64,000 nt of DNA from Candidatus Aldehydirespirator sp. (GTDB lineage: Bacteria; Actinomycetota; Acidimicrobiia; Acidimicrobiales; Aldehydirespiratoraceae), in NCBI GenBank assembly GCA_965261105.1, contig CBDHCM010000006.1, positions 1,970,091-2,034,090 on the forward strand, written 5' to 3'. Of this stretch, positions 52,315 to 62,049 are shown piece by piece (the first letter of the stretch is position 1; every line of letters starts with the position of its first letter). A program made the translations under genes and the position numbers. Under the pieces are notes generated by a model, which searched no databases, was not told the DNA's origin, and worked only from the letters and a program-made list of their open reading frames with translations.

Positions 52315-53028
52315 TTAGAGCGCTGTTCGAGCCTTCGACTCCTGGGGAAGTACGAGGGCTCCTCCGTCTTCGGTGTCCGCGACGGTGAGTGGCGGCATGG
52401 CCGGGTGCCGCGACTTGTCGACCTCGGGGGTGTTGGCCTTGCGTTTGTTGCAGTAGGTGTGGGCAGCCTGGAGGTTGTCGATCTTGTGCAGGCGGCTCTT
52501 GTATTGGATGCCCGGCTCGGCCTTGCCGCCCTTGCCGACGTCGAACAGGACGAACACCTTGGGCACCACATGCTCGATCTGGGCGCCCTTGATCTTCGTC
52601 TCCCCCGCGCACAGCCCGCATCGCCCGCCGTCGCGGTCATAGACGTAGCGGAGCATGCTGCGCCTATGAGCGTCGTCCCAGCGGCCGGCGGCATCAGGCT
52701 CGTCTCGTTCCAGATACCAGCGGTGGCCTTTGTCGATGGTCTTTGCGACTTTGGTGAGGAACCCCCGGGGCTTGTCACCCGCGTCTGGGGTCGTCGCCTC
52801 CTCGGCGTTGTCTTGTGCTCTTTGAACGGGAGCGGAGGCATCCTTGTCGGCCGGTGCGTCCACAGGCGGTTGGTCCTGAACTATGCCGCGGCATCGCGGG
52901 AACTCGGAGCACCCCCAGAACTCGCTGCCGGCGTTCACTCCTCGCCGGGCCGTGCGCCGAACCATGGGCCGGTCGCACTTCGGGCAGCTGGGAATCGGCA
53001 CTGTGGTCTCCTCTGCCAGTGAACTCAT
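52315..53028 (-). CDS. Topoisomerase-type C4 zinc finger + HNH endonuclease
   Basis: CPKCDRPM...FWGCSEFPRC; RDGGRCGLC...EHVVP...NLQAAHTYCN. Confidence 0.85.
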   Translation of the reverse strand: MSSLAEETTVPIPSCPKCDRPMVRRTARRGVNAGSEFWGCSEFPRCRGIVQDQPPVDAPADKDASAPVQRAQDNAEEATTPDAGDKPRGFLTKVAKTIDKGHRWYLERDEPDAAGRWDDAHRRSMLRYVYDRDGGRCGLCAGETKIKGAQIEHVVPKVFVLFDVGKGGKAEPGIQYKSRLHKIDNLQAAHTYCNKRKANTPEVDKSRHPAMPPLTVADTEDGGALVLPQESKARTAL

Positions 53029-53803
53029 GAGTACTGCCAGCGTTATTGCGAGCGAGGGAACGATAGCGGCGCAGGTGTGAAGCCAAGGCGCCTATAGCAA
53101 CATTCGTAGCTAGAGCTGCAACCGAAGCGGATTCATCGAGGGCGGCTCTAGTCTTCGTTGAGCGATGCACACGGAAACACGGCGGCGGTACACGGGGTCG
53201 AGCGCGCTGACCTCTCCACTTGTTCTCGGCCGACCGGACGGCTCGTAAGTCCGCCGGAGCCATCCAGCTTGACGGGTGCCGTCGGGGCGTGAGCTCATTG
53301 GATTGGGACAGCACCAAGCGCAAGCTTGCGGAGGCAACTGAGGTCGGCCGCGACGCGGGGGTCGCCAAGAGCCTCAAGGCGGGCGGCAGGGCAGCGTTGG
53401 ACGCGACCGCGGAGCGCACGGCACAGGTGATGGCCGCGGCTCAGGCCCTGTTGGCGAGTGACCTGTCCTCAGACCTCAACAACCTGGTCGCGGCCGCGGT
53501 CAAGGGAAGCGCGACGATCTACGACAAGGCGATGGACGCCAACTACCTCGACCCGCTGCTGCGGCCGGGTCTGGGCGGCAGCTACCACCGGCTCTTCGAT
53601 GGGGGCCACACCATCGCCGGGGCCGTCAGAGCCGCTCGGGACGCATCCTCCGACGACACCGTCATCGAGGAGGCGCGGGGAACCGTTCAGGCGCTGCTCA
53701 GAGACGCCGCTACCCCCAGAGGCCTGCCGGTCGCGACCTGGGACAAGGGCACCTTCGACGCAGTGGCGGACTCCCGGGAGTCGACGTTCGCAATACCCAA
53801 GAG
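52918..53803. repeat. 886-bp direct repeat, copy 1
   Basis: Colinear with 55041-55926. Confidence 0.9.
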
Positions 53804-53822
53804 TGGTGAGCATCCCCCCTAA
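53289..53822 (+). pseudogene. Truncated copy of hypothetical membrane protein (see 59711..60754)
   Basis: Match ends after ESTFAIPKS. Confidence 0.8.
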
Positions 53823-54031
53823 TCGTGGAGACATCGTCTATGAGGAGACGCTATGTCACAGCCACGACGTTCAATTCCGGGTGTGGGTATCGCACGCCGA
53901 CGACCTGTCCAAGCCGTGCTGCATACCTGCGACCGGCCGAGCGAAGCCCTGCGCGCCGGCCTCCCACGAAGCGGGTCTGGGTGCTAGTCGAGGAATGAGG
54001 GCGACCGACCGAGAATGCTCCCCCTGTACCC

Positions 54032-54127
54032 GGCAAAGAAAAGCCCCGCCAGTGCACCACCGACGGAGCGGAGGCGGACGGCGGGGAGGATTGGGTACAT
54101 GATGGCGCATTGCAGCCGATGATGCAA
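54032..54127 (-). ncRNA. Candidate small RNA 'B', copy 2
   Basis: TTGCAT-N17-CATCAT at the same spacing as copy 1; same hairpin and U-rich tail. Confidence 0.55.
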
Positions 54128-54254
54128 CGTTTCACTCGGCGGTCGGCCAGACCGGCTCTACGAATCCGACTGCTTGTCACCATTCACGTACCGGTGCGTG
54201 ACCGCGGTTGGCGTCGGCCCGCCGCTGGCCAACTCCTTTGCGCCCGGCAAACGC

Positions 54255-54929
54255 TCAAGGGCGGGCGGCGATCACCGCGGGCGTTCGGCTGGTCGCGGCA
54301 ATCCATGCGCGGGAGTCGGAGCACATCCAGCCGACTAGCTCCAGAAGGTGCGCGTGATCGCGGGACAGATCGCGTCGATGGATCGGCTCGTGATGCGCGA
54401 TCCGGTTCCGAAGGAAGTGGAGGCGCTGCATCCGGTCTGCCACGCCGGCTCGAACTTGCCGCGGGTTACGGGTCGCAGGGTGCATCGGAAACACTGACGC
54501 GACTGCGGGCACCCACAGCGATGTCAGGTACGGAGGCTTGCACAGGTATCGCCAGAATCCGAAGCTCAATTCGGCGATGACCCTGCCGTGCACCTCCGAG
54601 CCCGTGCCTCCACCGGTCGCGCGCCGCTGGGCAGCGTCGATGTCTTCTCGGGCCCGCCTGCCGTGCTGGCCCGGAAAGAGTTGCATCTGCCGGTACCACA
54701 CGTCTGCCCATCCCCTAGCCGATCCGTATCTCACGAGCGCATCGTCGACCGCATTGCGGAAGACGATCTCTAGACGGCCAAGATCCTCATGTAGAGCACC
54801 GGCCACGCTGGCATTCCAGTCGTACAGGCGGATGGCGGCCTCAATGTCGCCGCCGGTGGCCTGCAGGTAGGATTCAAGGCGTGTCGTCGTCAGGCGAGTG
54901 GCGATTATTTGGTAATCAATGCTTGACAT
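54255..54929 (-). CDS. Abi family (AbiD/AbiF, Abi_2-like) HEPN RNase
   Basis: RLESY...LYDWN...LEIVFRNA, ELSFGFW, LRNRIAHHEPI (RxxxxH). Confidence 0.88.
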   Translation of the reverse strand: MSSIDYQIIATRLTTTRLESYLQATGGDIEAAIRLYDWNASVAGALHEDLGRLEIVFRNAVDDALVRYGSARGWADVWYRQMQLFPGQHGRRAREDIDAAQRRATGGGTGSEVHGRVIAELSFGFWRYLCKPPYLTSLWVPAVASVFPMHPATRNPRQVRAGVADRMQRLHFLRNRIAHHEPIHRRDLSRDHAHLLELVGWMCSDSRAWIAATSRTPAVIAARP

Positions 54930-55017
54930 CTTCTTCCCAGACCCTATAGTTGTTCTTGAAGGCCCCGGAACCGTCCCTGCTTCGGCAAACGGCCGGGGTT
55001 ACGCCTTTCTGGGGCTC
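54923..55017 (+). ncRNA. Candidate small RNA 'A', copy 1, with sigma70 promoter overlapping the abi start codon
   Basis: TTGACA (54923)-N16-TATAGT (54945); nested hairpin capped by a C(UUCG)G tetraloop. Confidence 0.6.
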
Positions 55018-55040
55018 GCTTGCCGTCGCACCGAAGCAAG

Positions 55041-55926
55041 GAACTCGCTGCCGACGTTCGCTCCTCGCCGGGCGGTGCGCCTCACCATCGGCCGGTCGCA
55101 CTTCGGGCAGTTGGGAATCGGCACTGTGGTCTCCTCTGCCAGTGAGCTCATGACTACTGCCAGCGTCCGCGCGAGCGAGCGAACGATAGCGGCGCAGGTG
55201 TGCGACCAAGGCACCAATAGCAACATTCGAGGCTAGAGCTGCACCCGAAGCAGATCTATCGAGGGCGGCTCTAGTCTTCGTTGAGCGATGCACACGGAAA
55301 CACGGCGGCCGTACACGGGGTCGAGCGCGCTGACCTCCACTTGTTCTCGGCCGACCGGACGGCTCGTGAGTCCGCCGGAGCCATCTAGCTTGACGGGTAC
55401 CGTCGGGGCGTGAGTTCATTGGATTGGGACAGCAACCAAGCGCAAGCTTGCGGTGGCAGCCAAGGTCGGCCGCGACGCGGCGGTCACCAAGAGCCTCAAG
55501 GCGGGCGGCTGGACAGCGCTGGACGCGACCGCGGAGCACACGGCGCAGGTGATGGCGGCGGCGCAGGCCCTGTTGGCGAGTGACCTGTCCTCAGAGCTCA
55601 ACAGCCTGGTCGCGGCCGCGGTCAAGGGAAGCGCGACCATCTACGACAAGGCGATGGACGCCAAGTACCTCGACCCGCTGCTGCGGCCGGATCTGGGCGG
55701 CAGCTACCACCGGCTCTTCGATGGGGGCCACACCATCGCCGGGGCCGTCAGAGCCGCTCGGGACGCATCCCCCGACGACACCATCATCGAGGAGGCGCTG
55801 GGAACCGTCCAGGCGCGTGCTCAGAGACGCCGCCACCCCCAGAGGCCTGCCGTTCGCGACCTGGGACAAGGGCACCTTCGACGCAGTGGCGGGTTCCCTG
55901 GAGTCGACGTTCGCAATACCCAGGAG
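55041..55926. repeat. 886-bp direct repeat, copy 2 (includes 5' fragment of the zf-HNH gene)
   Basis: Colinear with 52918-53803. Confidence 0.9.
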
Positions 55927-56455
55927 CTGGTTCCATGACCTGAACACCTACGACGCGGCCGACCTGCTCGGCGCGTCGGTGGGTGTGGTCGCCGTGGTCC
56001 TGGGATGGAACCGCGCCGACACCGAAACCTTCGCCAGCCTCACCGCCGGCATGGGGCTGCCAGCCGCCGTCGGCGCCAATCCCCTACTGCTGGTCGTCGT
56101 GGTAGTCGCGGCAGCCAGAGCCTTCCACAAGGCCCGCCCCGGCGGCGAGTACACCGAACTCGTCGACGGCGGATTCAAAGGCGCCGTCGGCTCCGGGGCG
56201 ACAATGGCGGCGGTCGCGCTCGCGACTTCGGCCGGCGGGCCCGCGGGAGTGGCGCTCCTGGTCGGCCTCACCGCAGGCATCGTCGCCAACTCCGCAACGA
56301 AGAACGTGAGCCTGACCGCAATCGGCCGTTTCGTCGCCACCCGAGCCGCCGCCATGACTACAGACCCCGCCACAGAGCAGGCCGCCGAGCTGGCGGATGT
56401 CGATGGGCCCGACGGAGCCGACAGCGACGCAATGGACACGGCTCACAACCTCTGA
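55410..56455 (+). pseudogene. Frameshifted full-length copy of hypothetical membrane protein
   Basis: Single-base insertions near 55435 and 55816 relative to the paralogs. Confidence 0.75.
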
Positions 56456-56745
56456 TCATCGCGACCGCTCCGCAGCAGCCGCCTGAGCCGCCGCCCGAGC
56501 TCGCCCAAGACGCTGGAACCCCCACGCCTCTTCCGGTACGGCATTGGCCGTGGCGATTGGCGCGGTTGGCGCTGTCATACTGCTGCGGTACGGTTCGGCC
56601 GCTCGGGCGGCGCTCCATGCTGAGGGCTAGGGGCCGGGCGAATCGCTGTCAAGCGCCGCCCGGTGAGCCGACAGCCGCGAAGCGGCCCGTGCACCCGGGT
56701 GCTAACTTCGCCAGCGCATCGTCAAGCATACGTGGAGGCACGGAA

Positions 56746-56922
56746 GTGGCTGAAGTTCGAATCGTTACTCGCGAGCAGATGCTCGACGAGCTCAAGGAGA
56801 TACTCGCAGACGAGCACACGACGCTCGACGAATTCACCGCCGCAGGACAGGCCGATGCTCTCGACGACGCCTTCCATCGCGATCTGTGGCTCTACTACAG
56901 GGACTGGATCATCAAGGGGTGA
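56746..56922 (+). CDS. Small acidic protein, putative antitoxin
   Basis: 58 aa; GGAGG RBS; GTGA overlap with the next gene. Confidence 0.6.
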   Translation: MAEVRIVTREQMLDELKEILADEHTTLDEFTAAGQADALDDAFHRDLWLYYRDWIIKG

Positions 56923-57617
56923 CAGAAGCGACGCTGCGCGACGAAACGGAGAGGTTCGCCGACACCCTCAACAACATTGTCGAAGCCACGATCGACACCG
57001 ACATTCGGTTCCGGACCGATATCGCCGCGGATGCCGAACGGGCCAACCTCCAACCGATTCAGCACCCAGGACGCCGCTCCAACGGGTTCCCGCTGATCCG
57101 CCCGGGCGACGATCCCCAAGCTCCCGCCCTACTGCTCGTCGCAAGGTTCGCTGTCGAGATGGACGACGAGGACCGGCATCTGCGCGTCGCTAGTTCGACG
57201 ATCGGCCTCTGGGTGGACATCACCGCGGCACGCAAGGATCCGCGCCCGCTGATACGAGTCGAGTACGACCGCCGCAGAGTGGCCAGCGACCGAGCGGCTG
57301 CGCACGTCCATCTCCACGCGCACTCTCCTGAACTGGCCTGGGTCCACGGATCCAGTGGCCGGCCCGCTCCCGATCTCCATCAACTGCACTTCCCGGTGGG
57401 CGGCCAGCGATTCAGGCCGACACTGGAGGAGTTCCTGCTATTCCTGGACCGGGAGCACCTATACGCCGACTTCAAGGACGGCTGGAGGCCAGCCGCGCTG
57501 GCCTCCCTTCGAGAGTGGGAGGAGGTCCAAGCCTCGGCGACTGCCAGGCGCTTCCCCCAAGCGGCCGCACGCTCACTAGAGCGCCTTGGCTACAGGGTCA
57601 TAGCCCCGGCAGCATAG
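56919..57617 (+). CDS. Hypothetical protein, putative toxin (His-rich motif)
   Basis: RVEYDR...AHVHLHAH...LHFPVGGQRFRPTLEEFL. Confidence 0.6.
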   Translation: MTEATLRDETERFADTLNNIVEATIDTDIRFRTDIAADAERANLQPIQHPGRRSNGFPLIRPGDDPQAPALLLVARFAVEMDDEDRHLRVASSTIGLWVDITAARKDPRPLIRVEYDRRRVASDRAAAHVHLHAHSPELAWVHGSSGRPAPDLHQLHFPVGGQRFRPTLEEFLLFLDREHLYADFKDGWRPAALASLREWEEVQASATARRFPQAAARSLERLGYRVIAPAA

Positions 57618-57728
57618 AAGTCCCATTGATCCTCAATCCCACTGTGAGTATGGCGGGCGCGTCCCGGCAGGGGTGCCAAGCTGGTGTCGGCGGCGGCGTC
57701 GTGACCCACAATCCCACTGACCTGTGTG

Positions 57729-58953
57729 TCCTCTAAACGAGATGTCCGATGTTGCCGCCGGCGCCGGTTCGGCGTCCTGGTGCAGACCTGATTAGAAGCC
57801 TGTCCGCCCTGGTGGTGTGACTCATCACAGTGTTGTCGTATCAGGCCCCTTCCGGTGCGCACACGACACTGACAAAGGAGACGCATCGTGTTGGCAGACA
57901 TCGTGGATCATGTGATCGGCATCGACCCGGATCGAGATCGGATAACGGCGTCGCTGGTGGAGGCGTCCACGGGCGGCGAGCTGGCGACCGAGGCGTTCGA
58001 GACGACCCGCGGGGGCTACCAGCGGCTCGTGGCGTGGGCGGACCGCCACACGTCGCGCGAGTCGAGGGCCTGGGCCGTGGAGGGCTCGGGCAGCTACGGG
58101 TCCGGAGCGTGCGCGCACCTCGGCGCGGCCCGCGAGCAGGTGATCGAGTTCAGCCACCCCCGCACCGCGGCGACCAGCGACGGCGCCAAGACCGACGCCC
58201 TCGACGCCCGCCGGGCGGCGCGGGAGGTTCTCGGACGCCCAGACCTCGCCGTCCCACGCGCCCGGGGCCGCCGCGAGGCGCTGCGAGCGCTGGAATCCAC
58301 CCGCCGAGGCGCCCAGACGGCGCGCACCGCGGCGATCAACGAACTCAAAGCCCTCATCATCAGCGCGCCTGTTGACCTGCGCGACCAACTCCGCGGCCTC
58401 ACCACCGCCGCCCAGGTCGCCAAATGCGCCGCGTTGCGCCTGCCGGCGGCTCCCCTCGACGAGCTCACAGCCACCAAACAGGCCCTACGCAGCCTCGCGC
58501 GGCGGATCAAGACCCTCACCGCCGAAGCCGCCGAGTTGCAAACGAGCATCCGCGGGCTCGTCGAAGCCGTCGCCCCCCACCTGCTCGACCAGCCCGGCGT
58601 CGGACCCATCACCGCCGCGCAGATCTACATCGCCTGGTCACACCCCGGCCGCTGGCGCAACGAAGCAGCCTTCGCCCGCCTCGCCGGCGTCGCCCCACTC
58701 GAAGCGTCCTCGGGGCAAAACACCCGCCACCGCCTCAACCGCCGCGGCGACCGCCAACTCAACCGCGCCCTGCACACCATCGCCGTCACCCGCAGCCGCT
58801 ACTGCCCCCACACCCAGGCCTACATCGCCAAACGAACCGCCGAAGGCAAAACCCCCCGAGAAGCCCAACGCTGCCTCAAACGCTACATCGCCCGCCAGAT
58901 CTACCGCCTCCTCCAACACCCCAAAATCAACACTTGACAAACATAGAAGCATC
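57729..58953 (+). mobile_element. IS110 family element (ends approximate)
   Basis: No TIRs; about 160-bp non-coding left end; TTGACA at right end (58934); possible TC core. Confidence 0.75.
57888..58937 (+). CDS. IS110 family DEDD recombinase/transposase
   Basis: IGIDPD, AVEGSGSYG, KTDALDA, PGVGP, ASSG, RGDRQLNRALH. Confidence 0.95.
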   Translation: MLADIVDHVIGIDPDRDRITASLVEASTGGELATEAFETTRGGYQRLVAWADRHTSRESRAWAVEGSGSYGSGACAHLGAAREQVIEFSHPRTAATSDGAKTDALDARRAAREVLGRPDLAVPRARGRREALRALESTRRGAQTARTAAINELKALIISAPVDLRDQLRGLTTAAQVAKCAALRLPAAPLDELTATKQALRSLARRIKTLTAEAAELQTSIRGLVEAVAPHLLDQPGVGPITAAQIYIAWSHPGRWRNEAAFARLAGVAPLEASSGQNTRHRLNRRGDRQLNRALHTIAVTRSRYCPHTQAYIAKRTAEGKTPREAQRCLKRYIARQIYRLLQHPKINT

Positions 58954-59043
58954 GTCTAGCGCGCTGGGCTGCGAAGAGAGGCGGGCATGACCATCAGGCC
59001 CTACACCGACGTGCCTTCATGTGCCTGATCCTGGACTTCGAGA

Positions 59044-59520
59044 TCAAGGGGATTTCTTAGCCAGGTAGTCCGTGTCGGTGGCCTGGAGCAGGCGGAGCAC
59101 GTCGAGGGCGTCCTTGTCGCTCATGCGGTCACTGGCACTTGAGCGTTCGGCGATCTTGTGGACCTTGGCCACCACAAGTCCGCCCGGGCCTGCGACGTGC
59201 ATGGTGGCGCTACGGCTATCAGAAGGGTCGAGGGCTTGGATCTCCATCGGTTCTCGGTCGACCAGCGCAGCCTCAAGTCCCTTGGCCCGACGGGCGACAC
59301 GCTTGCCATGCGGCCCGAGGCGAGCGCCACGCGATCCCGGACCCGCCAGGGCTTCGGGCACCATGAGATCGACGTAGATGCCGTCGGGACTGACCCATCT
59401 GCCGGGGGACTCACGCAGTGTGAAGCCGCGTCGGATCAGCAGTTCGTCCAGCAGAGGCGAGTCTGCGAGATCGGCTGGACCGATGGCGAGGTCGGCGTCA
59501 CCGACCTTCGTTGCGGCCAT
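59044..59520 (-). pseudogene. Nucleotidyltransferase-family (GSU2403/AbiEii-like) fragment
   Basis: DADLAI, VDLMVPE, LVVAKVHKI...KDALD; lacks the N-terminal GG/GA motif. Confidence 0.55.
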
Positions 59521-59710
59521 GCAGCCGGGCGCACCAGACGCACAGGAACGGGTGAGGATAGGTGGTCACAGCATCGACGCTAGGCGATCAGATGAGATCG
59601 CAGTCAGCGCGTCGATCTCGTCCTGGACTGGCTGGATTCCAGCGGCGGGATCGTCAGAGGCCCGTGAATCTCCCCGGGGTGGTGTAGCCCTTGCTGGGTA
59701 CTGTCGGGTT

Positions 59711-60754
59711 GTGAATCCGTTGGATTTGGACAGCGCGAAGCGCCAGCTCCGGCGAGCGGCTGAGATCAAACCTGGTACGGCGGTCGCCGACAGACTCAAA
59801 GCCGGCGGCAGGACAGCGCTGGACGCGACTGCGGAGCGCACGGCACATGTGATGGCCGCGGCGCAGGCACTGTTGGCGAGTGACCTGTCCTCAGACCTCA
59901 ACAACCTGGTCGCGGCCGCGGTCAAGGGAAGCGCGACGATCTACGACAAAGCGATGGACGCCAACTACCTCGACCCGCTGCTACGGCCGGGGCTGGGCGG
60001 CAGCTACCACCGGCTCTTCGATGGGGGCCACACCATCGCCGGCGCCGTCAGAGCCGCTCGGGACGCATCCCCCGACGACACCGTCATCGAGGAGGCGCTG
60101 GGAACCGTTCAGGCGCTGCTCAGAGACGCCGCCACCCCCAGAGGCCTGCCGCTCGCGACCTGGGACAAGGGCACCTTCGACGCAGTGGCGGACTCCCGGG
60201 AGTCGACGTTCGCAATACCCAAGAGCTGGTTCGATGACCTGAACACCTACGACGCCGCAGACCTGCTCGGCGCGTCATTGGGTGTGGTCGCCGTGGCCTT
60301 GGAATGGAACCGTGCCGACACCGAGACCTTCGCCAGACTCACCGCCGGCATGGGGCTGCCAGCCGCCGTCGGCACCAATCCCCTACTGCTGGTCGTCGTG
60401 GTCGTCGCTGCAGCCAGAGCCTTCCACAAGGCCCGCTGCGTCGACGAGTATACCGAACTCGTCGACGGCGGATTCAAGGGCGTCGTCGGCTCCGGAGCGA
60501 CAATGGCGGCGGTCGCGCTCGCGACCTCGGCCGGCGGGCCCGCGGGAGTGGCGCTCCTGGTCGGCCTCACCGCAGGCATCGTCGCCAACTCCGCAACGAA
60601 GAACGTGAGCCTGACCGCAATCGGCCGCTTCATCGCCACCCGAGCCGCCGCCATGACTACAGACCCCCCTACAGAAGAGGCCGCCGACCCGCCGGATGTC
60701 GATGGGCTCGACGGAGCCGACAGCGACGCAATGGACACGACTCACAACCCCTGA
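59711..60754 (+). CDS. Hypothetical membrane protein (intact copy)
   Basis: GGSYHRLFDGGHT motif; Gly/Ala-rich hydrophobic C-terminal helices. Confidence 0.7.
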   Translation: MNPLDLDSAKRQLRRAAEIKPGTAVADRLKAGGRTALDATAERTAHVMAAAQALLASDLSSDLNNLVAAAVKGSATIYDKAMDANYLDPLLRPGLGGSYHRLFDGGHTIAGAVRAARDASPDDTVIEEALGTVQALLRDAATPRGLPLATWDKGTFDAVADSRESTFAIPKSWFDDLNTYDAADLLGASLGVVAVALEWNRADTETFARLTAGMGLPAAVGTNPLLLVVVVVAAARAFHKARCVDEYTELVDGGFKGVVGSGATMAAVALATSAGGPAGVALLVGLTAGIVANSATKNVSLTAIGRFIATRAAAMTTDPPTEEAADPPDVDGLDGADSDAMDTTHNP

Positions 60755-60874
60755 CCATCGCGACCGCTCCGCACCAGCCGCCGGCGGTCTGCCCGTAGAT
60801 CGTGTCAGCGCGGCGTCCTTGTCGGCTCGCCGAGTCCGGTGGATCCGAACCGCTGCGATATCATGTTTGATGTC

Positions 60875-61216
60875 ATGTGGTCGGTGGAGGTAGAGTCGGA
60901 AGTTGAGAAATGGATCGATTCCCTGCCGGTGAAGGAGTTCGCGACCGTGCTCGCAGCCGTCGAGCGGCTCTCAGAACGCGGCAGCCAACTGCGGGTGCCA
61001 GCGTCGCGGTCACTGGGCGAGGGCCTCTTCGAACTACGCATCGACGTTGGCCGAACACAGCGGCGCATCACCTACTACTTCGCGGACGGCCGCCGAATCG
61101 TGCTGCTGACCGCGTTCCGCAAACAACGACAGACCGAGCGGGTCGAGATCCGGCGCGCTCGCCAAGCCATGCGACGCTGCATCGCTGAAGGACACACGGC
61201 CGAGGAGGACGACTAA
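60875..61216 (+). CDS. higB: RelE/HigB-like toxin (Gp49 type)
   Basis: LGEGLFELR...RITY...IVLLTAFRK; toxin-first order; imperfect palindrome GATATCA..TGATGTC just upstream. Confidence 0.88.
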   Translation: MWSVEVESEVEKWIDSLPVKEFATVLAAVERLSERGSQLRVPASRSLGEGLFELRIDVGRTQRRITYYFADGRRIVLLTAFRKQRQTERVEIRRARQAMRRCIAEGHTAEEDD

Positions 61217-61521
61217 TGGGTCGCACGACTATCGAGGAACTGCGCAACCGGCGGGTCAACGCCATGACCAGCGCCGAGCGGGCCGAATTCGACGAGGCGC
61301 TTACCGCGGCCCGCCTGGCCATCGACGTCGGCGAGAAGGTCCGAGAAGCCCGCGAGGCGGCCGGACTCAGCCAACGAGAGCTAGCTGTGCGAATGTCCAC
61401 CAGCCAAGCAGCGGTGGCTCGCCTCGAGGCCGGCGGCACCAGCGCCACACTCACGACCCTGCAAAAGGCCGCTGCCGCGCTGGGCCTCGAACTCACCATC
61501 GACCTCGCTCCAGCACACTGA
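61216..61521 (+). CDS. higA: XRE HTH antitoxin
   Basis: REAAGLSQRELA..STSQAAVARLEAG. Confidence 0.88.
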   Translation: MGRTTIEELRNRRVNAMTSAERAEFDEALTAARLAIDVGEKVREAREAAGLSQRELAVRMSTSQAAVARLEAGGTSATLTTLQKAAAALGLELTIDLAPAH

Positions 61522-61725
61522 CAACGCTGTCCGTCAACTGCCCAGTGGTTGGCCTGATACTCGAACGTGCCGTTGCCGTGGAGCGCCTTGGTGGAGTTGC
61601 CGACGCGGACGTAGACCGCTGTGGGACTGTTGTGACCTGAACGGGGGCTTGGCGAACACAGGTCTACGGTCCGGTGCATCGGCCCAGTTGCGCATCGGGA
61701 CCAGACCACGCCCAGCTACAGCCAC

Positions 61726-61802
61726 TGCTAGGATGGCGGCGAAGACCCCGGAACCGTCCCTGCTGCGGCAAACGGCCGGGGTTGCGCCCTTTTGGGGCTC
61801 GC
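61726..61802 (+). ncRNA. Candidate small RNA 'A', copy 2
   Basis: Extended -10 TGCTAGGAT (61726-61734), then near-identical hairpin (loop TGCG). Confidence 0.5.
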
Positions 61803-61858
61803 CCGCCGTCTCGGGCGTGCCAGCGAAGACAATCGACCACGAAGCGCAGCCTTCGCAT

Positions 61859-61929
61859 GGAAAGAGAAGCCCCGCCAGTGCGCCACCGACGGGCGGAGGC
61901 GGACGGCGGGGAGGATTGGCTACACGATA
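61859..61929 (-). ncRNA. Candidate small RNA 'B', copy 3
   Basis: -10 TATCGT at the same spacing; compensated G-C pair in the stem; -35 not conserved. Confidence 0.5.
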
Positions 61930-62049
61930 GCCGAAGGAGAAAGACCCCCATGCGTTCTACGGGCCCGCTGTTAGCGGTTTGTCGGCTGTTTCCGGCTTGC
62001 ACCTACTGGCCGGGATCACTGCTCCACCGCCCGATCAAGCGGCGCTGCC

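Noticed and set aside
59378-59710. N-terminal extension of the 458-aa ORF
   Set aside because: Paralogs align only from about 59711; the extension is antisense to the nucleotidyltransferase fragment
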